DNA of 64,000 bases, from positions 1,904,827 to 1,968,826 of the forward strand of contig BDGG01000006.1 of the NCBI GenBank assembly GCA_001949185.1. Reading direction: 5' to 3'. Below the pieces are notes generated by a model. That model saw only the letters and a program-made list of their open reading frames with translations. It had not been told where the DNA came from and did no database searches. Made by a program: the position numbers and the translations under genes. Position 1 is the stretch's first letter, and each line of letters opens with the position of its first letter. The DNA comes from Ramazzottius varieornatus. Lineage: Eukaryota > Animalia > Tardigrada. This document shows positions 11,701 to 24,754 of this stretch, in pieces.

Positions 11701-14700
11701 TGCCGCGAAAAGACATAAACAGGAAATTTTTATGGGGCTCTAAAATATCCTGTTTTGGTCTGGCAGCCATAATAATAATCGCTATTGTGACCTGCCTCGA
11801 TTGGCACTGTCCGGCAAGTTGACGGGCCGGTGGATTACACTACAATTTGATCCAATCGAACGGCCAAAGTATAAAGACGCAACTGTGGCTCAAAGGCTTT
11901 CGGATAAGAAAGAGCGCATGTTTGATGTTTTCCTTCCAGCCAAAAGCGATGCAAAAGTTAAGACACACACGTAAACTCCGATCGAGCACAGACTGAGTCT
12001 GATCAGCCTTTCCTCCTCGACGACGTCTCCGTCGCGGCTTTTCCTACCTAGCCTTCCTTTCTCTGCGCCTGAGACAAGCCTTTTCCTCTGGCCTGTCCAA
12101 ACACACCTGTATGGAAAGAAGGCCTTAAGGTCCGGTGCAAAGGTGCCAGTTTGGCCTCACGGTATACCTCTTGACAGCCCTTTGCGCCTTTGATTTCCAT
12201 CCAAGCCTTCCTTGTCCAAATGCCCAATAGCCTGCCAAAAGAGAGACAAGAACAGGATCATACCCAGACCATATAAATATTCCGACCCACCGTCTTTGCC
12301 TAGCTCCCATGTTTATATGAGCCAGTCTCGCGATAGATTGTCGAGTGCCTTCTAAAGACAAACATCCAATGTTGCCTGATGTTTGCTTTGCCTTTGAGCT
12401 GGCTTTGAAGCGCGTAAATTCGATCCTCGCATCCCATTACCATGTGTTAAGCTAGCCTTCTAATGGCTAAAACATAAACCGGCTGACCACCATCGAACAC
12501 AACAGCTTGCTCTTGAAATATCTTTGTCCAGGAAAGAAATCCACAGTAATGGCAAAAAACCCACTCGAAACTTCCTGACTGATCGGTTGGTTCGTTCAAC
12601 GGGTCCACTTGCGCATTACGCATTCGTCGTTCTAACTGAAGAACCGAAAAAAATCTATGATTGGTTGATCGGATCACGAGGTCCTCGGGTCTATACCGTA
12701 CATTCTCTTCCTTGTTCGGTTCACATCTGTGCCCACATCCGGACTCTTGCGTGCGTGCAGCGTCGTCATTAAAATTGCCCAAGGAGAACAGGTGTGCCCT
12801 TGTACTACCTGCGAGACGGTAAACACGGAAACTCATTCCCAAAATGGCTACAAACTTTTAACAATCCCTTAATGATCATGAAACCCAGAAGTTCATTGCC
12901 GGAACCGTTGTAATAGTGAGGGGCATGGAGGTACCGATGTAAAATTGAAGGTCGGCGTGCACTGGCACGTCTTGTCCGTCTGTGCCTTCACGCACAGCGG
13001 GGCAGTCGTGCCGAACACCGCAACTTCTGCCTCGCTCACCAGAGGTAGAAAAAAACTCGACAATTTTTATGACGGAGAGAATGCTTCTGGTTGTGTGCGT
13101 GCTCTTGGCTGGAGCATTTTGGCGCACGCAATATAGTTAACAGCAGGGTCAAGCGCGTTATTAGCGATATTACGGCAATGCACCGTTGAGCTCACTTCCT
13201 GACTCCACAAAGAAGCTCCATCATGTGGTGTCCTGTCCGCCTCACCACAACTCGGACGTCACGTGTGATACTCAAGCCTTGAATGTACCTAATTTGCTTC
13301 GATCCATTTTCGCTCTTCCGCTCGCCTGCGTACAGAATCCAGCGGCTTGAGCTTGTCCAGTGGACACAATCTGGCTTTTGAAGTAGTGATGGAGAAAAGA
13401 AAGAAGATCAAACAGTGTGGCTGGCCAGAAGAAAGAGTGTGAAGAGTGCTGCTAACGCAAAAGTTTGATAGAACCGTCCCCTTGGGCTGCTATGCTCTTA
13501 TAAAGTGGACATGGTCGCTCAGTGCACAACCTTTTCCCCCTAGCGTCACTGTTGATGGCGCTTTTGTGCCCGGGTCACCTGGCCGGAACCACGATTCGAG
13601 TGGACCAAAGTGCCAAAACAATAAGGGATATTTATTGATGCCTGAATGTGCGGCATTGGAAACAGGAGAGGCTCTCTACGTTGGATGACCATTGGTCAGC
13701 AATGATGAAATTTCAAAGCCGCATGGGCAACTCTAAAAGAATATACCCCTCTCAAAACAACGACTTTGTGTTATTTACCTAAAAACCAGACTGCGGTACT
13801 TTTTAAGGCTTTCGCTTGAATCATGTGGATATTTAAAAAGATACGGACATCCGCTCATTTTCTATAGTATCTTCTATCTTTGGAGATTGTGAACATCGGT
13901 GTGCTCTGTCGAAAATGCCGCTTCCTGCACTCTTATCGTTCATATTCTGTTATCTCCACTCGGCTTCCAGCAAAAAGTAGCAGCATCTGGTACAGCTCGC
14001 TGCTGGCATATTTCGTTGCTTCATCACGGAGGCTCCCACATTGAATTATCGATTAGAGCATGATCAAATATAGATACACCTCGCAGTTATCATTCATATT
14101 CCCCCTCTTATCACTATCTGGCACAATTTTGCGTAAACACACAGTAATCAGCAGCCAGCAAAGACGCGTTTACTCAGTAGCTTCCTCAAAGACCTGGCCA
14201 CATCTTGGCCGACAATAAATCAATAACCAAGTGCGCGGACCCAAATAATGCGTGGCATCAGCACATCGTTACACTTAACCGCAATCGCTGCATACAAATT
14301 GCTACAAATCTACACCCAATAAAACAGCTCGATGAGCAACATTCGCTCCGTAAAAGCCTTGATCAAAACATTCATAACCGAGATGATAGTCCGCTATAAA
14401 ACATCTGCCTCAAAAGTTTCCAAACAGCGCTCTAGACTCGAACACACATTAGTATCTGTGCTCGATTGAACTTTCAAGTGGAACGTATGCACGCAAAATA
14501 CCTGAAGTTCTGAGTTTGATTGGTTGTTTGGTCCAGAAGAGGTGCGGGTGCGTTGATTGAAGTACTCGAAGTACTTGATTGAACGAAGCGGGTTTTCCAG
14601 CGTCTGTTCGTCTTCCGATCTGTTTTCCGTGAATGCAATCTGACAGATAATTTACAAAGTCGTAAAAACACGCATTAATAGATTGTAAACTGGCAGATAT

Positions 14701-17700
14701 CGTCAATATCTGGAAATCTGCCACCAATATTTTGTGACAGGACAGAACGCGCGAGGGAAGATTCTGTTTCCGATCGATGCTATGTCGGGCAATATCGAGT
14801 ATGACAGGCGTGTACGAGTTATTAGCGACACAGCATCCAGCAAGATCCTCTCCGTTCTCCGTTCTACTCCGTGTCAAAACAGATGAAGAACGATGATGCA
14901 CTTGTCTCTGATCGCTGCACAGTTATTAATTGCGCATATTCATAACCCGGTTTCTTCCTCCACTTGCCATCTTCCAAATTCCATCACTAGCCTCGCACGC
15001 TTGAGATTTCCCTCTCTTTTATTCAAAACACACTTTAAGACGATCCCATGAGAGACTTTGTGTTTATTAGAACATGACCCAATTAGCTTACTACAACCAC
15101 TTCTTCAACTCGATCTCTTTTCAAATTTTCTCTCCGAATACACAGTCCCCCGTCATATTTTTCAAAAACACTTTGTCGACCAAATCACTACAACTTCATA
15201 TCCATCTTTCTGACCCAAAAAGACAGTCTCGCCGATTCACTCAAATGTGTATATTCAAAACCGAATGACAAACTTTTGCAAGCCCTTGTGTGGTGTGCGT
15301 CGTTCTCGACAAAGAAATGGGTTTTCTGCCATTTTTCTACGTACATTTTCTGAGTAAATTTGAAGCGAACCTCAATCAGAGCACATTAGCAGTAAAACAA
15401 AGAGGACGCCGTTAATGGAAGGTGCGATAAGCTTTAGTTGGGGCGCTTTTGACATTTTCCTCTTGAACCTGACTGAAGCCACTTTCTGGAAGGTGCAAAT
15501 GCAGCAAAGTCGCCTCGAATTTCCCTTATCTGACCAAAGGCAGCAGGACGGCAGACGGAAATCAAGATTCCATCCAAAGGTGAAGATGAAGCTTTGCGCT
15601 GTAGTTGAGAGTTGAAACATGCATTTAGACTCTTATCTGCCCTCTTGGTCGGGCATTTCTCATGCCGACCATGTGCAGGCGAGGCTTGACCAGTGGCCAG
15701 TCACACAATCATCTCAAACAATGTCCAGCCTGTCAATCTTATCTGCACGGCGCCATTAGACATATTCCGTCTCCCCTTTCCGTCCTTTCCTGACTTTACA
15801 ACCCACCCACACTACAATCAAATTCTGGGCTAAAACCCTTCATGTCCACAGTGCACGACCGGACGTTGCTTGTGCCAATAATCATCGATATCCATAAAAC
15901 TGTGCTGTATGTCCAGTGGCAAAGGACCCTCTTAAACGTCTTATTGGCATCTTATTTCGATACCCCACACTTACTTGTAACTTTAGTGCTGTCTACGTTC
16001 GACGTCTTGACTGTCAACGAGCGACTCGGCGAACGTAATCTTGAGGAAGCTCCAAAGCGGAAATGCGCAGGTTTACTTCTTGTTATAGCACGTAAGAGAT
16101 ATCAAACTTTGCCGCCATTATTATGCAAATGTGCCGACATGTGCCACCAATTGGCAGGTTATCAGCCAGTCAAGACGTACGCTATCTCAAGATAAACTAT
16201 CCGCCTTGCTAAAGTGGGTACAAGAAAGAAAGATTGAACGGACTCTGCATCAAGAAAGGTTCGCCGACTGCTCATCAAGTGGCGCATTATATCGATGCTG
16301 TGTACATTTTTTGCTTCTACGGTGTAATTGCGGTACCGCATGTTCGACCTGTCAAGCTTGCAGAAATTGATGTTGCGTAGAGAACAAAGTGAAATATTGG
16401 GCAATTAAATCATTTTTCAAGAAACCATGATTGAGTATGGTTCGCTTGCTGCATACCGTAAATGAGCGCTGTTCAACTCAAAGAAAATCACCCATGACAC
16501 ATGTCGGTTTTTTATGGCTCTAATTTTGCATTAATGGCAGAATAATATTCTATGCTTCGAAAGAGACCCTTCGTGAAGAACCTGAATCGCTTTATATTTC
16601 TGGAAAAATATTCGTGAATCGAGACTGCCGGAATCAGCAAAATAAAACTTATATTCTTCCGAAGAAAAATATTTTGACGTAAATCTTTTGGCACAAAAAG
16701 TGACAATTCAGTACAATTTTTTATTGTGTCTTCAAATTTCGGAAAATATTCGCGAAGTTCAGAAATTGGAGTTTTTACTGTATGCGGCAATTTGGGCTGT
16801 TTTGATATCGAGCGCAATACCGAAGGAACAACACTGTTCAATTTCCCAGTTTGTTTTGGAATAGCAAAGAGCGGAACCAACGGGCCAACAAGATGGACAT
16901 TACGTCGATAAGCAAACAGACAAACACGGTCAGCGCGGCCACGAAACGTCAGCGTCGATTGCCGCAGTGATCCATATTGAAGATTGATCAAAACTGGACA
17001 CAACTGCCCACCTATGCAGAAATATAAGTCCTGCTCTGCTTTCTCAAAATGTTGTCCTGAACTTTGATCGCTCGCGAAGCTCTTCCCTGTCCACAATTTC
17101 TTTGCTTAGGTCTACCTGCTTAAACAACAAGAACGGTGATAGACGAGACTACAAAACACACATTAGAAATGTAAGACATTATCGCACAGTGGATTCCACA
17201 ATCATGGACAATACAAGCAGGACTAATCTCGATCAAATAAGCCGTCCGTGCGAAAGGCATCATATTCCTCTCTTCCTACATTACAGTACACTAGGCTGTG
17301 TTATAAAATTCAGTCCTGTTATCAAACCGGACAAGGAAGGGCTGCTGTTGGAGTTAAGCACATCGCGTGAGACAGCTTCGATCGTGTTTCAAGGTTTTCC
17401 GCCTTTGCAAATCAATTTTATCCCGCGCCTGTGGAATATCTCCATCCGCACCACGGATATCAAATTCTCTCTTCCTTTCAACTGTGGCAAGCAAAGCAAA
17501 AGCAGAGGAAAAGGCGATCCGCATCTTTGCAGCCTACGGATAAACACAACACCACTCCAGACCAGCACCGGGGCTAGTAGCGCTAGCTGCCACCAACTTT
17601 TAATGGTGTCCATCAGGCTCCGGCTACCATTACCTTTGTCCTTCACCGCCTTGTTGCCTTCCATCAACATTTTGGCCATACCAAAACAATTCACAGCAGA

Positions 17701-20700
17701 GATCAGGCCTTTAACTAATCATTCTTCCGTACCTTTGACATCATAGCTTGACTACTTCAACCGTAGGAAAATGTCAAAGTCAGTGAGCATCCGCAACAAC
17801 TGATCTCAAATCAACTTAAACAGCGGTTTGATCCTATCGTAGAATTTTCCTCATCGTGTTGACGAGTGCGGTTCCCTGCAGGATCTTGAAAGGTTTCGGA
17901 CGAAATTTCCCATCGTGCTCGGGTTAAGACTTACCGGAAGGGGAGTGAATTCCTGGTCCTATTAGGCTCACGCTATAGCTTTCCCAGCCGGCAAGTATGC
18001 AAAATATTCCACGCAAAAGTTCGTCGGCTCGTTCGACGATAACAAGGAAACGCGGTACAGTATAATCCGACAGACTCGTGATTGATCATTAATTACACAG
18101 TAAAAGGTAGGCGACTATCTCAAGGATGATGATTGTTGGCCCCTCTCGAGAAATCGCGTGCTGTGCTGACCAGCTTGGAACAAATGCAACAATGATCGAC
18201 TGCTGGTTTGTGACTTGCCTGCCCCTATACAAACCATAACATGAATCATCGGGTCTGTCTTCGAAAGTCTTTCGGGGCAAAACTAGAGGCTGGACTTCCC
18301 TCTCTGTCTCAGTATATCAGTCTGTACGCCTATTGGCCGTAAATCGACGCAACCGCCGCCCGAAATCAGTCAGCGGCGCCTACCAACCCGTCCACCAACG
18401 GTCGGTGTACGGCCTACTTGGTTCCTACAGCCATCAGCCAGTTCAAACGAAACAGCTGATGGTACGCCTTTGAGTTAAAGTACGATCACGTGCGCAATGG
18501 TGGTTAATGTAACTGTATGGCGGAAGACCACTGGCCAGACGAACGCTGCGCGCACTCAGCCCTGAAACGTACGCAAGGATAAAGCATACACGTGCACGCT
18601 GAAGGCCGCGGCTAGGGACTGAAACATCAATCAATGCGCAAGTACCCCGCGAGTTCTTGGAGCATGTTTCACTGCGAGAAAGCTGAACTGGCCGGTGGCT
18701 GTGGCTGCACGAAAGGACAGTTATGCTTTTTGAGAATTTCATAACAGCTTTGGACAGTTCTGCCGGCCATCACTTGACCTGTTATTCAGCCACCTAACAA
18801 GGTTGTAAATCACGGTGCTTGAAAAATCTCAAAGTGGGATCAGAACTTTTTCGAGAGGAAAGGCCAGAGGCCAGTAGAAGGAGTGGAAAGTTGACGTGCG
18901 ATAGCTGGGTCGGAATGTTCAGAGCAGTTTCCATCAATACGGCACAACGCGAAGACGATCTCTTTTGCTTTGTGAAGAAGACAAGGCAAATAGGCGATTG
19001 CAGGTACAACGCATTAGCGCTACAGCTTTGGCACCGCAGGGAAGCTGTTCTGTACCTTGTAATAATGGCGGTGATTGAGTGGACAATACGTCAGCGTCTC
19101 TAGCGGTTCCAAGCTTGGTGATTGTATTTTACAACAACGAGCCTTAAGAGCAAACAAGAGCGCTTCTTGGAGTTTGAAGTTTCTCATAGCCTCGCTCTAT
19201 AGCTGATCAATCTTTAATCGGCTGCAGCAGAAGAAGACCCACGTGGTATCAAAAAGCTCGCCGCGGCTTGAACAGAGTCGAGAAAAATTTAATCAGTGCG
19301 CGAATTGGTTTATCCAACTGTGCAAAGTCTGCCTTGTATGACTCTTTACCGAACAAATTAGTTTCATAGCTCCAGCGGACAAAAAACACGGACGTGCGCT
19401 ATTTGTTGACGACCAACACGACAGAAGAAAAGAGCATCTCGTGAAAAACCCTTGATAGCTTCAATACCACCCATCATCATCATTTCAAGCTCAGCGCCGA
19501 TCCTTCACACATTGTCGTAAATTACGCTGTTGACGCGCCAGTATATCGCACTCTGTTGTTGAACCATACATAAAAGAAGCCTAAAACAAACGAAGGCCTG
19601 CTTCCTCGCACACGAGGCCTTGTTGACAGTAAAATCTGATGAAGAAAATGGCGAGCAGGTGCGAGGTAGACCAGCTACTCTCGCATAGCTGGCGATTACG
19701 TGACGGAGGGGGATATTTGAGCCTTCTAATCACCGTTAATCAAGACCGCGAGTAATTAGGTCCACTTGACTGACCACGAGCGAATTGGTGCAGCCGAGTG
19801 GAAATTATCGGACCTCGTACTTGCATTTAATACCATATTTCTCGGTTCAGCATCGCATCTGTACACATGCCTCCAAGCCAAGCTACAGCATAATTACTCC
19901 GTCAAAGAGAAATTTCCTCGTCCGGCCAATGGTTTGTTTCCCGAACAATTCTCGGCGGCGTTAAGAGCTAATAATCATATCAAACTTGCATCTGCCATTC
20001 AGTCAAACTGCTGACCGGCCAACCGACAGTTAATTTGCGAAATTGGAGCCAGCTAACATTCGTCTAGCTTGACCACAATGCCGAAAGGCAAATGACTTTT
20101 TCGCCCACGAAGGCCGGAGCTGGCGGACAACAGTAAATCACTAGACGTGTGCGCTTCCTCCTTCCGCCAGCTCGTTCGTCGGCTGTCTCCCTGATTATTG
20201 ATATGTCTTACCTGCAGCCGCTAACGAAGACAATGATCATCAATACCGCGCCTTGAAATTGTCCCTCATTCGAAAAGAATTTCGGTGTAGGGTTTCCGAC
20301 GTGGTGAGACACCTCCCTGCAACACAAAACAAAGAACGGTTGCAGAGAGTGACGGGAATAAAAACCAGTGGATGTAATATTATTAATACTACAGCAGATC
20401 TTACAGCAGCAGCCTTTACGTTTCTGAATTCTGAAAATGTTACGGGTCGGTATCGATACTTCGGATTTTGTTGTCACCAATTCTACATGCCTTATTCCGC
20501 GAAGTCTTTCGATCACCACGTCTCAGGAGTAGAGTTTTATGCAAACCAGAGCAGAATCGGGGCTTCCCAGATGAGTGAATTGACAGATTCGAGCGGACAT
20601 TACGCCGCAGCTAATTTGTGTTTTCATACCTTGTCAAAGTCTATAATTTGCAACGGATATGAAAACCTGATTAAGGTAGGCAGCGCGGACGAGCGAACAA

Positions 20701-20862
20701 GCGCCACCACGCACGCCGCCTTGTTCAACGCAGCAAAGCGCATCTCATCTGCCCAGCGGTCACTGACGAGACTTTGCGCTGACCGTCTGTTGCCATATTT
20801 CCTTCTTCGGCACTGATCATCAAACTGCCGTCTGTACCATTTGCTTTCATTGCTCACTATCT

Positions 20863-20894
20863 TTTCTCTATCTCTCTCTCTCTCTCTCTCTATC
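20863..20894. repeat. (CT)n microsatellite
   Basis: Run tctctatctctctctctctctctctctatc. Confidence 0.8.
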
Positions 20895-23800
20895 AGCTCG
20901 AGGCTACGGGTCAAGCGTTTATCAGCGGCCATATTTTATGGAAAAAAGTAACCAAACATCTTTCTTAGAAAGCTATAAAACCGACAAAATCATACTCTTC
21001 TTATTCCGTTCACTACAAGGCCATCCATCACACTTATTCACAAATACCTTGCTGTAGCTATCTCTGTCCAGTTTCCGCCTTCATGATTTGGTTTGTTTGA
21101 AGCTGCAATGTTTTTTGAATTTTAATTCCCTCATAAGTTTCAACAACCCTACAAATCATCTCAAAATACACCCTTGTTCCAAAAACAGCATGGGAAATAC
21201 GACTTTGATGGTTTAGGTTGGGCAAAATAATCATGACATGTGAAAGTACCTCACCGCCTATCATCTACAAGAATGACTTCCCAACGGTTCATATGCAGTC
21301 TACCTGGAGAGAAATGGGGGCTGAACCTGTAATCATCAATTATACCCGAAAACGGATTGATTTCGGCGTTTGTGTGCTGTAGTTAGCTTAGTGGTGCTCT
21401 TGTTGAAACGGAATGAAAGCTGCAGGTTCTCATCGCATTCTCTCGTTGCTGGCTTCTCAACTTCCTGGTCGGACAAGCAAATAGGGGAGATTGCTTCAAT
21501 ACAATTGATTAGTTGCAGGCGGGAACAAGTCACCGTACATCCGGCACAATCTGTCCTAACCTTCTAATTAAGCGCGTTCACTCGCAACGACGTCAGCGTC
21601 TTCTGGCATCACGTCTCAGTCCCGATGGGAAAAGGTTTCCCACCCATTGTGAAAACAACACTCTAAAGGTCGCAACATGATATTTATGCCTCGCTTCTTT
21701 TTAATTGCAGCTGGAAAAAAACAGGAAGTAGCTTCGTCTTTTGGCATCGTCTCTTAGTAGAATTTCAAAAAAGAACATGTAGCTGAGTTTGGATAGATTT
21801 TGCGAATCGATAAGAACGCCGAGATGTCTTTGTTCCGACGGTGGGTAAAGATTCAAGTTGAGGCTTTAATCCGCTGCTTTTACAACTGGACGAACATCTT
21901 CAGTGGCATATCTGATCCGGCTAGAGCAAGTTGGAGTACCCTTCGTGTCCTTTCCTTTCATATTTCCTGCTTCAAAGCCTTGAAGACATGTCTTGTGAGT
22001 GTTCTTGTAAGGAAGGCAAAGGATGGTCAGCCGAGATCGAGTGTAGACTTGGCCTCGAGGGACACATCGAAAGATAACGGATGATTATGGCCATGTATGA
22101 CGATTTTAAGGCGATTTTAAGATGTACAAAGACTTGTGTAGTGCTGGATTGCGAGAGATGAGTATTTGAGGCCAAAGACACGTTTCTGTGAGAAACAGTG
22201 AAGGGGTTTTGAGACGTGCAGATCACGCGTAAGCACTTCAAAAGGCTGGACAGTGACGCGCCATTCGAAGAAGGAATTGCAAAGTGGACCTCAATATGAT
22301 CCGTATACCTCTTTGAGAGATGTTCGCCTTCTTATTTCGTACTAGGTAAGATTATCTCGTATCTGGAGGGGAGGCTAACGATGGAGGGAAATGAAGTGTC
22401 AGTATTGGCACCATGCGCACAAAGGAAAACTCTCTTGGTGGTTGCACCTCGATACTTGTAGCTGGCTGTTTTGTGGGTAAGCAAAATTAGAGGCTGGAGA
22501 TCTGAAGAAAAGGCATGACAGTGATCAAGTTACGTGAGGAGGTTCCTGTGGCCTGCATTATGGCCATATCAGCCTCAACATGACACCCGCGTTTCGGTAC
22601 GATCGTCAGACCTCCACGAAGAACAGTAACGATCTCGTTAATTTGCGGACGAATGCTTTCTTCGCACGATAACTCGATTGGTTTCCAACGAGGTACTTTC
22701 CAGCAAACAGTTATGGTAACATCAGCAAAATCTATGACCAGCTTCTGATGATGAGCAACAAGCAATAGCACCATCCGTTTCTTCGTGTAATTTGTTGGTT
22801 TGTTCACGAAAAGCCATCAAGTGGTTCTGACAATTTTGTACGAGATTTGGGACTTTGAATTTCTCGCACAGGGTGCAGAAACATGTTTTGTGATTAGAAG
22901 CCTGCTGGTGCGGCGGCAGGCACCTTCGGCGCAAAGCAGATAAGTATCAGCAAGCTGATGAGGGACGGAAGTGGAATGTGCTGGTCTACTTTGCGCCTGA
23001 GATGGGGCTGAAGTCGACTATTTATGTGGCGATGGAGGCCGATTGTGTCAGATGAAATTTGAAACACGACCAGAGGGATGCATGCTTTTGGAGAGATTAT
23101 GGTAGTACCAGAAATACTCATCAGGATTCTCGCTGTCGGAGCGCAGTATCGTTCCTGGTCCATAATGCCTCACACGTCGCTTTATCAGCGGAGCACATCA
23201 AATAGATTGACCATTACTTTAATATGACAGATCTGCCTCCTCCAAATTGCTCCAGAAAAAAAGGAATTTTTATTCGGGGAAGACAAAGTGTTGATAGATG
23301 ATGCAGGTCGAGATTTTTCAGCTGTCCGTACAGAATTGCCCATTTCCTTGTTCCAGTTTTCGGTGCGATAAGTACCTCCCATGGCAAGCCAGTGGGTACA
23401 AGGAACTGTTTAGTCCACCGCACTCAACCACGCAGCTTCTGGGCAGCAACGTTGTGTGGTTGTACCGTTCGGCCTGCTACGATCAGCTTCCTAATTCATA
23501 TTGGAATACTTCAAAGTGGATTTGTCAGTTTCACTTTTTATGGCCGCACGTCCATCACAATCGGGGAGCTGAAAACCTTTATCCGGAGCAACTGATGGCA
23601 TATGAATGTGGCCTCATTTTGATTTTAGGGATCAGTGTTGGTGTGCGCTGGGGCGGAACATCTTAAGTGGTTGATTGCATGTCAAATTTGATGGACACAA
23701 CCGCGGAACCAAAAACACGTTGTAGTTCAGTGCAGTTCTTCCACTGTCGGCTGACACTGATGCAGATACCGTTTAGCAAAGCACTGCAGGCAACCATGAC

Positions 23801-24754
23801 TTTTCTCTTCCGGGTCCTTCGTGTACCATTTTTCCTTTCAGCTGCTCATTTCGTAAACGTCATCGATTATGAGTGTCGTTAGCGAAAAACCAATCTTGCA
23901 AAACTCACAAAGGCACCAACTGTCTCCCCGTGTTTGTGTCCCATTAAGGGACAACGATCGTGGGTCGCGACTCTTCTTCCCTCTATGTAAAGAGCCATCG
24001 CTGATGTAACGACGCACATCTTCACAAAGACTTCCGGGCACTTGGTGAAAGAGGCCATTGCGATGATCAAAGGGTAATGCGAAGAAACGAAGAAAAAACA
24101 AACGCTGGCCAGATCAAATAATATTACCACTTGATATATCTTCAAATCCTTCGATCGATATTGTCAACAGAAATAGATACAGGCTTTCTTTCGAATGACT
24201 TCGGAAAGTTCAACGTCTTAACTCTGCTTCTTGCACTGCTTATATTGGCATTTCAAAGAGCAGAAACTTCGAAATGTCAACAACGACACTTTTCTACGAT
24301 TTGACAGCTATACAATTCAAACCTGGGTTCTGTAGAGACTGCATGCGTAAGATGCTGTTTGTACCACAGAGTCCTGATGACAGCTTTTATGGTAGCGGGA
24401 AAACAAAGTCGGTCAATGGCTAATTTTCAGTCGAGCCGACGGATTTTCTGGATTTCTTCCAGGAGCTTCCCACTGTGCCCTACATCAGTCGCGGCCAATG
24501 CAATATATTTGCCGGGGAAGACAGCGAGTATGGCAAAAGTATGATCCGTCGATGAAGTCAATTTCAAAGTGGAGTACAAGTATGATGACGTAACCAGGTA
24601 GAAAAAATTAACTTTTGTATTTGGTTTTTTGCGATACAGTCCACTCGCTCGAGATGTGTTACCTAATTTGACGGTTTCAATTCTGGGCCCGCTATACATT
24701 TACTAGACCGCATGCCAAACCACCATTCAAAATTACATAACATATACATAACAC

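Noticed and set aside
16440-16782. AT-rich block ending ...TTTTTACTGTA like a Tc1 terminus, and ORF 16512-17096
   Set aside because: No convincing partner TIR, and the ORF has no recognisable motif.
21800-24150. Coding-like fragments left of the nested transposons
   Set aside because: Frequent stops in all frames and no identifiable transposase or host motif.
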